Origin: Octopus sinensis
Taxonomy: Eukaryota
Direction: 5' to 3'
NCBI RefSeq assembly: GCF_006345805.1
Contig: NC_042998.1
Location: forward strand, 157,666,001 to 157,730,000
Length of the DNA stretch: 64,000 nucleotides
Part shown: one piece after another, positions 1 through 13,536 of the stretch
How the letters are laid out: every line of letters starts with the position of its first letter
Numbering within the stretch: the stretch's first letter is position 1
The notes under the pieces: generated by a model
Database searches by the model: none
Told to the model about the DNA's origin: nothing
Seen by the model: only the letters and a program-made list of their open reading frames with translations
Program-made: the position numbers and the translations under genes

Positions 1-1434
1 TCTGTGCGTATGAATGAATTCAGATAATTTTTCCCTTTCACATTCACCCTGTTTGTTTTAGACAGTCCCATGAATTTCTCAAACGCACACACATACGTAC
101 ATATGTGTGTCCGTATAAGGGTATGACTCCGAAGGTACGAAAGGGAAATTTGATGTGTGTGCGTATGTGTGTGTGTTTAAGTGTGTGCGTGCGCGTGTGT
201 GTATGTATGTATGTAATTGAGTCTGTGTGTGTGTGTTTAGAGGTGTAGTCGTTATGTTTACAACAGAAGGAAGCGTTTTTGTGTTAGAGTACAATTTTAT
301 CGAACATGCCACAATACATTTCAACACAATGCAGTCTTCGCCCTAAATTTCAACACACATTTGATTTTCTTTTCGCGTAATGTCTGTCAGTCTGTCTGTT
401 AGTTTGTTTCTCTCTCCCTCACTCTCATCCTTTCCTTCCTCCTCCTCTCTCTCTCACTCTCTCTCTACTCTCTCGCTACTTCTCTTTATATATAGATACG
501 TGTAGATATGCTTGCCAATCCATGTAAGTAGATGAGCGTGTGTGTGCTTCTGTTTATGCCTGCATGTTATTATGTTTATACGACACACATACACACACCC
601 ACGTACGCACACTCATACATGTAATACTCGTATACACATAACCATGCGCGTACACATACACACACACACACACTATTTTAAGTTATCGTTGTCGTTATTT
701 AGTCCTAACCAATATAGATTGAGCTGTACGAACGTATTTGCATGAATTGTGTTTAGAGTAGATGTTCTTGGATAGTCCTGTCTTTGTTATTATTGAAGTG
801 TTGAAGATTGAACTCAGCACAGTAGCTAGTGAAACGCTGCACTAAACTTTACACAATATCTTCTTAACGAATTTTACGTACCATGATGTTCCTCTACACT
901 GTTAGGGGCATTTCGGGATTGAGCAAGCGGACCAAGCAGTAAAAGTCTTGTAGTTATGCTAGGAAGAATTTTGATCTTATTAGATTGACAGAATTGTTCC
1001 AGCTCTTTGCATTCTGAGTTCAAATCCCCTCAGCGTCAAATTTTCCATTTATACCTTCGGAGTTGATGAAATAAGTATCAGTCAAGTACTGCGGTTACAG
1101 CATCAGCTACTCTCACAATTACTTTCAATTTACCTAAATCATACATAATTATTACCCTTTTTCTTTTTCAAGTTTTAGTTAGTGAGAAAAGTGAATGCAG
1201 AAGATGCCTCCACCCAGTAAATTCTTTGAATGACAGTTGTAAATGTAGTACGTGTGAACGGACCTGCTCTGTGCATGCTCCTGTTGGCCAGCGGATGAGA
1301 GATTGCTCTCGTAGTCAGGGTGAACCAGATTTTTCTTCATGTCTTGAGGAGCTCTCTTTGTATCTTCTTGAGTATCTTCTTTGGAATTTTCGTGTTATTT
1401 GCGGTTTTGCTTTGAGCCTTTACGAGTGATAAAG

Positions 1435-1468
<34 letters not shown>

Positions 1469-1497
1469 TCTTCTTATTATTATTATTATTATTATTA

Positions 1498-1530
<33 letters not shown>

Positions 1531-1533
<3 letters not shown>

Positions 1534-1746
1534 GGCAGTGAACTTGCAGAGTCGTTAGCACTCTAGACAAAACGCTGAGCGGTTTTTGGCCTGTCGCTAC
1601 GTTCTGAGTTCAGATTCCGCCGAAGTCGACTTTGCCTTTTACCATTTCGGGGTCGTTAAATTAAGCACCAGTGAAGCACTGGGGTCGATGTAATCGACTA
1701 GTCCCCTTCCCACAAATTTGAGACCTTGGGCCTACAGTAGAAAGGA
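1531..1746 (+). mobile_element. tRNA-derived SINE (family A), full-length copy
   Basis: Head taaggcagtgaacttgcagagtcgttagc (A-box-like), B-box-like gttcagattcc, body gtcgactttgcctttt...gtcgatgtaatcgact; flanked by (TTA)n. Homologous copies recur at ~2579, ~2741, ~4655, ~6297, ~6515, ~7007. Confidence 0.8.
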
Positions 1747-1969
1747 TTATTATTATTATTGTCTGTTTTTGTATTGTCCACCTCAATCTTCGCCCTTGTG
1801 GTAAATAAATGAAATCATTATTACTATTATCATTAAAACAGCTAGCAAGTGCAATCCTTATCACTTCGGACAAGATTCTTAACGCCGTTTCTTGCTGCTG
1901 CTTACCTCCCCATGCCAAATTCAGCTGAGGTTGTGTTTGCCATTCATCCTTTCGGAGTTAATAAAATAC

Positions 1970-2471
1970 GGCATAGTTTCGGTTGTAGTAGCACAGATTT
2001 CCGTCGATTTCCGTAAAAAACTTTTATTTTTTTACATAAGTAATGAGAGCGAAAGAGACTAAGAGGAAGCGATTTTACGACGAGAAGGTTTCACTTTGAA
2101 GTCGGCCTGTGTGTGTTTGATGGGGTGTGGGAGACAGACAGTATGTTGTGTAAGTGAAGTGCTTCTGTTAGTGTGTGTGAAGAGACAGACATACATATAC
2201 ACATACACCGAGTAAAAAATCAGTTATCTCTCTCTTTCACACATTACTCTCTCTGTCTCTTCGCACACACTAACAGAAGCACTTCACTTACACAACATAC
2301 TGTCTGTCTCCCACACCCCATCAAACACACACAGGCCGACTTCAAAGAGAAACCTTCTCATCGTAAAATCGCTTCCTCTTAGTCTCTTTCGCTCTCATTA
2401 CTTATGTAAAAAAATTAAAGTTTTTTACGGAAATCGACGGAAATCTGTGCTACGACATGCGAAACTTCGCC
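1970..2471. mobile_element. Foldback MITE with ~220-bp TIRs and 8-bp TSD (Merlin-like), inserted in a family-A SINE
   Basis: Arms 1970-2189 and 2252-2471 are near-perfect reverse complements. TAAAATAC is duplicated at 1962-1969 and 2472-2479. Termini GGC...GCC. SINE body sequence continues on both sides. Confidence 0.85.
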
Positions 2472-2578
2472 TAAAATACATACCAGTCGGGCACTAGGGA
2501 CGATATATTCGACTATCCCTCTCCCCCAAAATTTCAGTTATAGTTGAGAGAATTATTATTATTATTATCAATATTATT

Positions 2579-2935
2579 TCTACGTTCTGAGTTCAAATTC
2601 TGCCAAGGTCGACTTTGTCTTTCATCTTTTGAAGGGTCGATAAAATAAGTACTAGTTGTACACTGTAGTTAATGTAATCGATTTAACCCCTTCCCCCAAA
2701 TTGCTGCCCTTGTGACAAAATTTGAAACCATTATTATTATTTGTTAACACGTCGGACAATATGCTTAGCGGCATTTCGACCGTCTTTACGTTCTGAGTTC
2801 AAATTCCACCGATGTTGACTTTGCCTTTCAAACCTTCGGGGTCAATAAGTTAAGTACCAGCTGAGTTCTGGGGCTGATGTTATTGACTATTCCCCCCGCT
2901 CACAAATTTTAGGCCTTGTGCCTCTAGTAGAAAGG

Positions 2936-2936
<1 letters not shown>
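2579..2936 (+). mobile_element. Two 5'-truncated family-A SINE copies in tandem
   Basis: Repeated ctacgttctgagttcaaattc...gactttgcctttca motif at ~2579 and ~2787, each ending in an (ATT)n tail. Confidence 0.75.
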
Positions 2937-2989
<53 letters not shown>

Positions 2990-4654
2990 TATGGGGACCC
3001 ATAATTTTTGAATGTCTGATACATCAACTCAGTGCTCACCTCGAGATTTAATTCTTTGAACATTTATTTCATTTTGAAAATGTTTGAGATATCTCTTTCC
3101 GTGTTGGGAAGCAGTGTGTGGTATTATTGAGAAATGAAATTAAACTGATCACACGCAGAAAATTTTCGAAAAGAGAAATGTTGAAAAAAGTGAAAATAGA
3201 AACATAAATTTTGAAACAAAAGGGGTGATAAAGAAAGTAATGGTGACATTTAAACGAACAGGTATAGATAAAAAATATAAACACAGACATTGACATGTCG
3301 AGAAATAAACACGAACGAAGACAATTACAATGGAAATAATGACACCTGAGATAGTTCCTGAAAAAAAGAAAGACCAATCTGCCACAATAATAGCTTTGCT
3401 AACGTTTTGAGCCACAAAGTATTCGGTCTAAGACGGAGAAAAACTGTAAGGAAGCTATTTAGCAAAAGGTTTAGCCTCTTTGCTTAACAGCTTTTATCTA
3501 AGGTCAAGGACAAAAATATCTACATGTCGCAAAATGAAGTGTCGTTTGCTATGTCCTTAAAGGAGCCGTTAAATGAAACTCTGAATGATGCATGGTGAGG
3601 AGGGAAAAGTGTTTCCATCAAGCGTTGCAGGATATACGTGAATGTGTATCTAATTTTGGAGATCGAGGAAAGCCTAGACGAGTCGTATCTTACATACATG
3701 TCCATAATCTTATGTTGCAATATTTAGGGATGTTTAATTTATGGGTTATGTTTAAGGATACTGTTTTGACGTCGATCCTTTTCTCGTTTGCATTAGAGTA
3801 CAGACATATTCTTTGCGTCGGACAATGATAGGTGTTCGAGTGGGGGCAGCATGGACATGCAGTTCGTAATGACAATAGAAAGCTTCAGCAGTACTCTACG
3901 ATTGGTGGTGCAGGACACAACGCTCTACTTGGAGAGCTTGCAGTCCTAACGAGTTGAAAAGATAAGGAAAGCGACTGGCAGACAGCAGCAATGATAACTA
4001 CATCATTAACAGAACACAAAGGCTATAGTTCCCAAAACATTATCGGTCTCAGCTTCGAGAAAGAAGGCATTTGCAGCCATAACCAGAAATCCAACCAAAA
4101 GGGATTAATTGAACGAGCACCATGAAGCCGAGCCCTTACCTTCCAGTGGTACAAACTCATCGTCTGTTAACGAGGCTGGGCAAAGTCGGAAAAATTTCGG
4201 AAATGATAAAAAACAAACACAAAAATATAAAATGAAATATACAAACCATCTAAAACAAAAGAAATATACGAAGGATGATGTAAGCTGGTCTTTCTGAACT
4301 GAAGATATTGATGACGATGTATTGTGTGAAAAGTCTGATTTTGCACTGGATTATAAGAGGTATTATGCGATATTGAAGACCATTCCATTAGTGTATCATT
4401 CCATAAAACAGACAGTTCCCTAGAATGTTCGATGATGTTCTTTTTATCCCGTATATTACAGTAACTACACAAGTATCAAGTGAGAAAATCACGGGTCTTT
4501 AATACAAAGAGCAGATGTATTTTCCCCCATGTACACATGGTTCACTATTTGTTTTCTTTTTAATATAACTTTCTTAATTATATCTTTATATTTACAGAAA
4601 TCCCGAAATATTTTGTGTAATTATTTTAGTAACTTAAAATGATTTAACTAGTCT

Positions 4655-4810
4655 TTAAGTTTGGAGTTCAAATCTCCCCGAAGTTAAATTTGTCTTTCAT
4701 CCACCCCGAGTCGATAATTAAAGTATCAGTCAAGTATACTGGAGTCAAGAGTATCGACTAATCCCTTCCTTTCAAAGTTGCTAATCTTGTGCCTAAAGCA
4801 AAAATCATTA
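4655..4810 (+). mobile_element. Degenerate family-A SINE fragment
   Basis: ggagttcaaatctccccgaagttaaatttgtctttcatcc...gagtcgataattaaagtatcagtc matches the family-A body. Confidence 0.6.
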
Positions 4811-6296
4811 TAATTATCATTCTTTGTGTTTGGAGAAAACAGACATGTGGCTTATCGTGCCCAGTTACTTGTAATTTCAAAAACTGTCATTTATGAAAAG
4901 TTATTCTTTTTGATTACATATTTCCTAAAACCTTTTCTGAAACACTTTGGACTTTCTCTTGCAGTATGGGGAAGAAATAAAGCTTGTCATTTTTAGAGAT
5001 CTTTACATAATTCTGTTGTCAGAGAGAAAGTACCAGATGGATAGTCTACTGAATACAACAGATTAGAGAACAAAAACAAAAAAAGGAAAGAAAAACGAAA
5101 AGAAAATTTAATTCTATAAAGGAGTTAAATATCTCATAAAAAAGAGAGAAAAATGTTTTAATCTTTTTACCGAATTTTATGACATTATCTGGAAATAGCA
5201 AGGATAAAAACACACACGAGCTTACAATTTTTTGTTAAAATGAAGTAAACAGTGGAAAAAAAAGACCTTTTCATCTCGTCATCACTGCCGAAAATATGTA
5301 CATTGAATATGATCTCAATAACTGAGAAAATCTGTTTGACAGAATTTCGTAACCAAAAATAGCAGGTCATTTCCAAAGTTCTTTATCTAAGACTGTGTGA
5401 AAGGAAGGATATCTACCTCAACAGCACCAAAAGAGAAGCATGATTTTTCATGCCTTCATAACATCGATTAATGGTAGACCCGGCCTACATACGGAGCGAC
5501 ATAATATTTTGTCGAAGTAAGTTTCACGTAAACGTATGCTTAAATTATGAAATTGATGAAGGGACGTAGATATATGACAAGTTGAAGCCTCACACACATC
5601 CCTCTATGTTAGAACCGCAATAAATGGATCGATATATTATGAGTGTTACAGTCATAGATATTGTCAATGAATTTTACTCTTGGCTCGTCGCCATCTTTGT
5701 AGCAAAGTACGGAAAGATGGTGAATGTTCAAGTAACTGGGGATGGTATGTGGAGTTTTAATGTATGTACACGTTCTAATGATCCCATAGATACAATACTG
5801 GCGTTATATGGTGACGATGATGCGGAAAGTAATGAAAGTAATGAAATCTAATGTCTCAATATATCTGCATTACTCCATCACTCCGCTTGTTATTATTATC
5901 TTTGCGTATTATGTTATGGCTTCCTATATGTTGTATTAGACGGATGAATGATCCCCGGACATAATTAAATCATAAAAGCATCTTTTGCTTTGGGTCGAAT
6001 TGTTCATGTTCTAAGTTCAGAAGTCAGCTAAGCCCTACATTCTGGTGCTGTCGACAAAATAAAGCAGGGATTAGTCAATCAAATCAACTTTTTCTATTCT
6101 CCCAAATTTAGGGTCATCAAATATATACCAAATATTGGTAATTACATAATCGACTATAATCTCCCTCCAAATTTCCGGCCTTCTCTCTATTTAAGAAATT
6201 TCAAATTCCTCTAAGGTCGACCCCATTTCTCACTGGAATTGATGTGATCGACTTCCCGCCATAATAAGTAAGATATATGATTATGATCATTCTAAA

Positions 6297-7208
<912 letters not shown>

Positions 7209-8728
7209 ACTAATATCATTGTTCTTACATTTGAAAGTTTGAGGGAATGAATGGGTTTCATGATGTTTTCAAGAAATTTGTTTTGAAGATAAAATATTGC
7301 AAAACAAGGACACGAATTTTGCTACAAGAAAGTAATGTTTTGTTTTTTTTTTAGATTCCGATACAAGTGAGAGCTATTTTAACGACTCAGTTAACAAAGC
7401 AACTCACTTCGACAATAACAAATAGATTTATATATGTCGAAATCATTAAGGAATTTTTTTGGTATAGATAAGGTCCTCTTAGAGTAACAGATGTAGAAGC
7501 TTTATGCCACGAGAAACTGTCTCTTTACCCAAAATATTTTCCCAGTGGCAATGAGATAGTTGACATAATACCCTCGCAGATAGAAGCTTTGTATGCCATG
7601 TAAGGACAAAACAAAAGGCTTTTGCCAATGTAGAGAAAATATTTTAAACATCAAGCAATGCAAGTAAGACAGAACCTATCTTGTTTTCAGGAACGACAGC
7701 AATGCAAAAGAGGAACCCGGAGATACCGCAGTACGTAGGCAAGTGACAGTGTATATAGGCATTGACAGTGACATTGATTGCGCATTATGATCTTTGAAGC
7801 ACAATACGGGTGGTTTTTAAATACAGAAGTGAGGAAGACTTATGTGGTAATAGTGGCGATAGCTTAAATTTGCATGCTCTTATCACCGTGAGTTTTTCAT
7901 AGTGTAAGACATAAATCTAAGTGGTTGGACTTACACCAGCAAAACCTATTTGAATATTTCTGCTTCGAGTTAATGGAATGAAACCGAAACAGATTTGCAA
8001 ACAGCAGTAAAATCACAAACTAATGTCCCAGAGGCTGTTGTTAGAATGTACACAGTATAACTTTGTACTCCTCCCTTAGTTTTATTTAAATTTGTCTTGT
8101 ATGCCACCACATGTTGTGTAAACTCTAAGTTAACTTCGCTTTTCATAAGTCTGGAGCCTAAAGAATAAAGTACCAATCACATATTGGGCTGGGTGTAATC
8201 TGAAATGGTAGTACCAAAATTTGAATCCATAAACCTTACCATTATTGGATTAAGGAATCGCTAGAGCATCGGAAGTCCCTTCAAGAATTATTGGCCAAAA
8301 TTAGAAACAATATCTTTTATCTGCACAACAGATCCCCAATATCAGGGCTGCTTCACACTTCGCTAATTCTGTATTCAAGGTGGAAAGGAACTAAATCCCT
8401 TGTTTTCTCATCATTTCATTTTTCTCTGTCTCCTTTCTTAGCCATTTTCTTGATAATGTTCTTAATCTTAGTACCGCCTAGTATGATCATTGTGGGATGT
8501 TCCTCATGAGCTAACTGATTATTTCTTTGTATTGTTTTTATGAAAAGATAAGACAGAACAATTATATGAATGGATATGCAGGTAAAATACTTAGTATATA
8601 CGACGAGTTCATTAATGGCTGACATATTTATAAACATCACTGGATTAGTCACCATGGAATTGTTGTAACAATTGTCAACTATGAAATAAAAGTATCAGAG
8701 TATCACTAACTCCAATCTTCAATAATCA

Positions 8729-8753
8729 TATATATATATGTTTGTGTATATAT

Positions 8754-8843
<90 letters not shown>

Positions 8844-8860
8844 TGTGTGTGTGCGTGTGC
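8729..8860. repeat. (TA)n-(TG)n compound microsatellite
   Basis: Direct reading. Confidence 0.95.
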
Positions 8861-9900
8861 GTGCCCGTCTGCATGTGTGATGACTTGATACCTATTCTTG
8901 TTATGTTCCACCAAATTCGAACGTGAATATGCTATTTCCTGGTGTGTTCGTCACAGAACATCTTTACAACAAATATGTGTCCATAACACACTCGATTCAC
9001 TAGTGCAATGGATTCTGGGACACCGGTGCTTTGACATGATGTTCTTTGTCAGCCAGAAGCACTCTCGGTCCAATGAATCTATTAGGAGAGTTGATCTTGT
9101 TTAAGCTGGTTGACGAGACTCAACATATGGAAATATTATGATCCCAGAATTCCTTGTAACAAGGAAACGAATGTACCACGAAGGTATATTCATCGTAAAG
9201 GAGAAACTTTTATCCCGTGTCAAACATGACCACGATTAGCCTATTCATGTTCGAATCTGCCGGAACGTATTAAAAATGAATATGCAAATTATCGTTCCCA
9301 GCGAGCATAATACGAATGTTTAGCAGATATGAAAACGGATCAGTGAACAGTATAATGCAAAGTTTAATACAGATTTAGTAAAATATCAAGCGATGCCTGT
9401 GCATGAAGCGTTTCAAAGTGATGAAAGGCGTTACATGTGGCCAATCTCACTTTTTAAACAACATATGCATTTCAACTGAAAGGAAACCAATCTATATAAT
9501 CGGATGCAAATAAATTTGCAGGTTTTATGTCAGAGTTTCTCTTCTCATCGAGAAATGTCTGAACAGAACTATGGGTCTCTCACTCCCAGTTGATGAAAGG
9601 CTGTTAACTCTACTAAGTTCATCCACTCTTTGATAGGTTTTGTTTTCAGACTTGAAGGGTAACGAAAAACCAACCTTTTACCCAGCGGGCTTGGTAGAGT
9701 TGCCGTTTTAATGACTGACATTCCGATTATGTGACAGTTTGTATTGGGTTGCAGGTTATCAGTTACACCAAGAGTGACCTAACATACAATTGCACATATA
9801 TACAACAATAACATACATACATATACATAGATATATACAACATACACACAAACATGCACGTAAACGCATAGTTACACACACAAATATATGTATATATATA

Positions 9901-10565
9901 CAGGGTGGCCATTAAGTCACGCATCCTGCAATATGCGAACCTGTTAACATTCTCTTAATTTATCTATTTTCACAACAGCCAATATTACTCACAAACCAAT
10001 CCTCATTGGATGGAGGTAGATAATCAACAAGGCGGGGCAAGGTAATGGTGTGGTGTGGGATTTGGCACAATCAAGTAATTGGACCATTTTGTTTTAAGGG
10101 CTCTGTGACAAGTGGTTCGTATCTGGACATGCTTGGCAACAAGATGATACCTCACGTGCATTCACTTGGAAGGGGAAATCTTGTTTGGTTTCAGCAAGAG
10201 GGGGCTTCGCCTCATTATACGTTCAAGGTTCGTAATTTTCTGAATGAACGTTTTCCAAGGAGATGGAACGAGCGTTGCGGGCTAATTCCATGGGCAACAT
10301 GGTCACTAGATCTAAATGCCATGGACATTTTCTTCTCGGGCTACAATAAAATCCCTTGCGTATTCTGAAAAGATTCGTGAACGAGGACAGAATTGTTGAA
10401 ACGCATGAGCAAGTCAACGATAGGGATCATCGCAATTTCAAATTCCGTATGAACACTTGTTTATAGCTACATGGCCAACACTTTGAAAATTTGTAATGGA
10501 TTACCTACTTCATTGCTAATAAAAATACATGATATCCCATGGTGCGTGGCTTTATGGCCACCCTG
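9901..10565 (+). mobile_element. Internally deleted Tc1/mariner transposon, DD41D (rosa/Visitor-type)
   Basis: TIRs cagggtggccattaagtcacgcatc / revcomp cagggtggccataaagccacgcacc; TA on the left flank. ORF 10045-10368 has MVWCGI...WFQQEGASPHY...RW...SLDLNAMDIFF, with 41 residues between the second (D>E) and third catalytic positions. Confidence 0.85.
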
Positions 10566-10639
10566 TGTGTGTGCATATATATATATATATAATTACTTGG
10601 AAATGGACGCGTCACGTTTAATTAAATAATAATGTAATA

Positions 10640-10658
10640 TATGTATCTATCTATCTAA

Positions 10659-10746
<88 letters not shown>

Positions 10747-10770
10747 ATATATATATATATATATATATGC
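10640..10770. repeat. (TCTA)n-(TA)n microsatellite
   Basis: Direct reading. Confidence 0.95.
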
Positions 10771-11426
10771 ATATATGGGTGCGAACAATATGAAATATGT
10801 AAACAAACGAGATAAATACGTAAAGAACGAGAGAAAAAGTGGAAAGCACGACAACTAAATACAGAGAAAGGTTTCATCAGTTGTCGACTATCTATCTACT
10901 CCTCATTTGGATCATTCAACGACAAATGAGTCTTCAAATACAGTTTCTCCTATAAATTCTAACATAAAATTTAGGATTTATGGCGGGTCAAAGTTGGGAA
11001 CAAAAAGAGGACATTGGAGACATACAAATAAAGTGAAAGAAAACAAACATGGAAGGTGGTTTGACCAGAACGAGAAGAAAATAGTAAACGCTGGGAGAAA
11101 TATTTTCTTTGAAAAGAGAAAAGATAGGAAAAAACATGTCCAGTCTTGTGGACATCCGTGCAGGAAAAGGATGATCACGTGTGGAAAAGAAAGATGGACG
11201 ATGGTGACGTGTGAGCAATGAGAGAGAGAGAACAAGAGAAAGAGAGGAGAGAGAGATTGACTGAGAAAAAGCGGTGAAGGATAGAGGGGAGGGAAAGGTA
11301 ATTAGAGAAGGATGGAGGAAGAAAACAGTATAGAGTAGAGTCGCATCAATAAGGTGAAGATAAACTTACTTGAAAATGGATGCGCGTTCAATTAAATAAT
11401 AATAACAGATAATACACACACACATA

Positions 11427-11488
<62 letters not shown>

Positions 11489-11512
11489 GTACATATATAT
11501 ATATGTATATAT

Positions 11513-11920
11513 GTGTACAGGATGTCACCAACGGTCCCAACAACATGAAATACGTAAACTACGAGAAAAGAAAATGGAAAACAGGACAAGGAAATACAGA
11601 GAAAGGACCCTTCATGAGTTGTCGGTGTCTATCTACTCCTCATTTCGAGCATTCAATGACAATAGGATTCTTCAAAGACTCATATTGCTCCGATAAATTC
11701 TAAAATAAAATTTTGGATTTATGGAGGGTCAAATTTGGAAACAAAAACAGGACAGTGGAGACATACAAGGGAACAGAAGAAAACAAACATGGAAGGTCGT
11801 TAGCCCAAAACGAGAGGAAAATAGTGGGTCCTTTCACTGTGTTTACTTGTCCCGTTTTCCATGTTTTTAGTTGTTTACGTATTTCATGTTGTTCGCGCCG
11901 TCGGTAACGTCCTGTACATA
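11513..11920. repeat. Dispersed repeat with ~95-bp diverged terminal inverted arms; related diverged copy at ~10780-11080 (PLE pseudo-LTR-like)
   Basis: 11513-11610 is roughly 80% identical (visual estimate) to the reverse complement of 11826-11920. The body is clearly homologous to 10780-11080 (ctatctactcctcattt, aaaacaaacatggaaggt). Confidence 0.6.
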
Positions 11921-11956
11921 TATATTCAGATATTATTATCACTATTATTATTATTA

Positions 11957-12007
<51 letters not shown>

Positions 12008-12027
12008 TATTATTATCATATATATAC

Positions 12028-12081
<54 letters not shown>

Positions 12082-12097
12082 CATACATACATATATA

Positions 12098-13353
12098 CAG
12101 GGGTTGGACAAAATAATGGAAGCATCTTAAAATTACAAATTTATTTTAATATGGAGTAAGATCACCTTTGACAGTAATTACAGCTTGAAATCTAGGAGGT
12201 GTGAACTCGTACAAAGTTTGAATTGATTCTAAAGGAATTTTTGTCCATTCTTCAGCTAAAATAATCGCCAGTTCTTGTAGTGATGATAGTGGAGGATATC
12301 GACTCCTTACTTGTTTTTCTAAAATGCACCATAAATGTTCAACAATATTGAGATGTGGGACTGTGGTGGCCAGATAATATGTTCAACTTTACTAGAATGT
12401 TCCTCATGCCATTCAGTAACAACTTTAGCTGTGTGAATTGGTGTATTATTATCCTGAAAGATTGCGTTTCCTTCCAGAAACATTTCCGCAACCATAGGAT
12501 GAATTCGATCAGGTAAAATGATTAAATAGTCTTGGCTATTAATCCTGACATGAAGGGAAACCATTGGGTCGGCGGATTTTCAAGTTATATCCCAACAGGT
12601 CATTACAGATCCTCCTCTATGTTTAACAGTTGGGAGAAGGCAATCTGGATCAAATGATTCTTTTGGCTGTCTCCACACGTATGCCCAGTGGTCGGAAATA
12701 AGGTAAAGGATGACTCACCCGAGAAAATAACATTTTTCCATTGCTCTAAGACCAATTCAGTAGGTTTTTACTCCACTCTAAACGCTTTACAACGTTTTGT
12801 TTTACTAATTTTCTGATTGCATCCCTCCCATGACATCCGGCTTTGTGCAGCTCCTGGCGAACAGTTTTGTGGAAACTGGGTTCTTAGGTGGTCATTAAGC
12901 TCTGCAGTAATTTTTGAAGCTGTACTTTTGTGATCCTTTCTAACAATTCGTGAAGTGTCCGACGGCTCCTATTGAAAGTTTTGGTTTTCTTCCGGAGTTT
13001 CGTTTCGACGGGGAGGTTTTTCCCACTTTCTCAAAGGCTGTCATTACTTTCGAGACAATACTTCTTGATACATCAACATTTCGGCTGTTTTTCGTTATGC
13101 TAGCACCTGCCATACGAGCACCAACAATTTGATCTCTTTGAAAGTCCGATAGATCTGTCATTTTAATGAATTTTAATTACCTTTTTTGTAATGATATCTG
13201 AAAAAACAAACAACAATTTTAGCAACACATATTAAGCAATGCTAAAAAAAAAAAAAAAAACATGAAAAATAAACAAGCTTTTGACGGTTTTATAGACATT
13301 TCAAAATTATGATACTATGATGCTGGTGTTTCCATTATTTTGTCCAACCCCTG
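12098..13353 (-). mobile_element. Full-length decayed Tc1-like transposon, DD36E (Incomer-type spacing)
   Basis: 24-bp perfect TIRs caggggttggacaaaataatggaa; inside TA-rich repeats. N-terminal HTH MTDLSDFQRDQIVGARMAGASITK... (12940-13161). DDE segment FQDNNTPIH...WPPQS[P]HLNIVEHLW after repairing a 1-bp deletion gives 36 residues between D and E. Length 1256 bp. Confidence 0.9.
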
Positions 13354-13354
13354 C

Positions 13355-13440
<86 letters not shown>

Positions 13441-13499
13441 TATATATTCCAAAATGTGGATCGTTGGCGATCTTTTTCTTTCGTCTTCCCTTTCTCTCC

Positions 13500-13536
13500 T
13501 GTTTCTGAAGAAGAGCTTTGCCCGAAACGTAAAACA
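13500..13536 (+). ncRNA. Minimal type I hammerhead ribozyme motif in a PLE-type repeat (~13437-13640)
   Basis: tgttt-CTGAAGA-a-gagc ttt gccc-GAAA-cg-T-A-aaaca: stem I tgttt/aaaca, intact core, stem II with one mismatch, palindromic stem III ACGT. Confidence 0.6.

Noticed and set aside
3520-3720. Degenerate LINE RT (SSRLSSISKI...HASFR)
   Set aside because: Only a faint resemblance to RPISLLS..SKI/QxGFR; too weak to call without alignment.
10868-10890. CTGATGA on the minus strand as a hammerhead core
   Set aside because: No stem II followed by GAAA could be found downstream.
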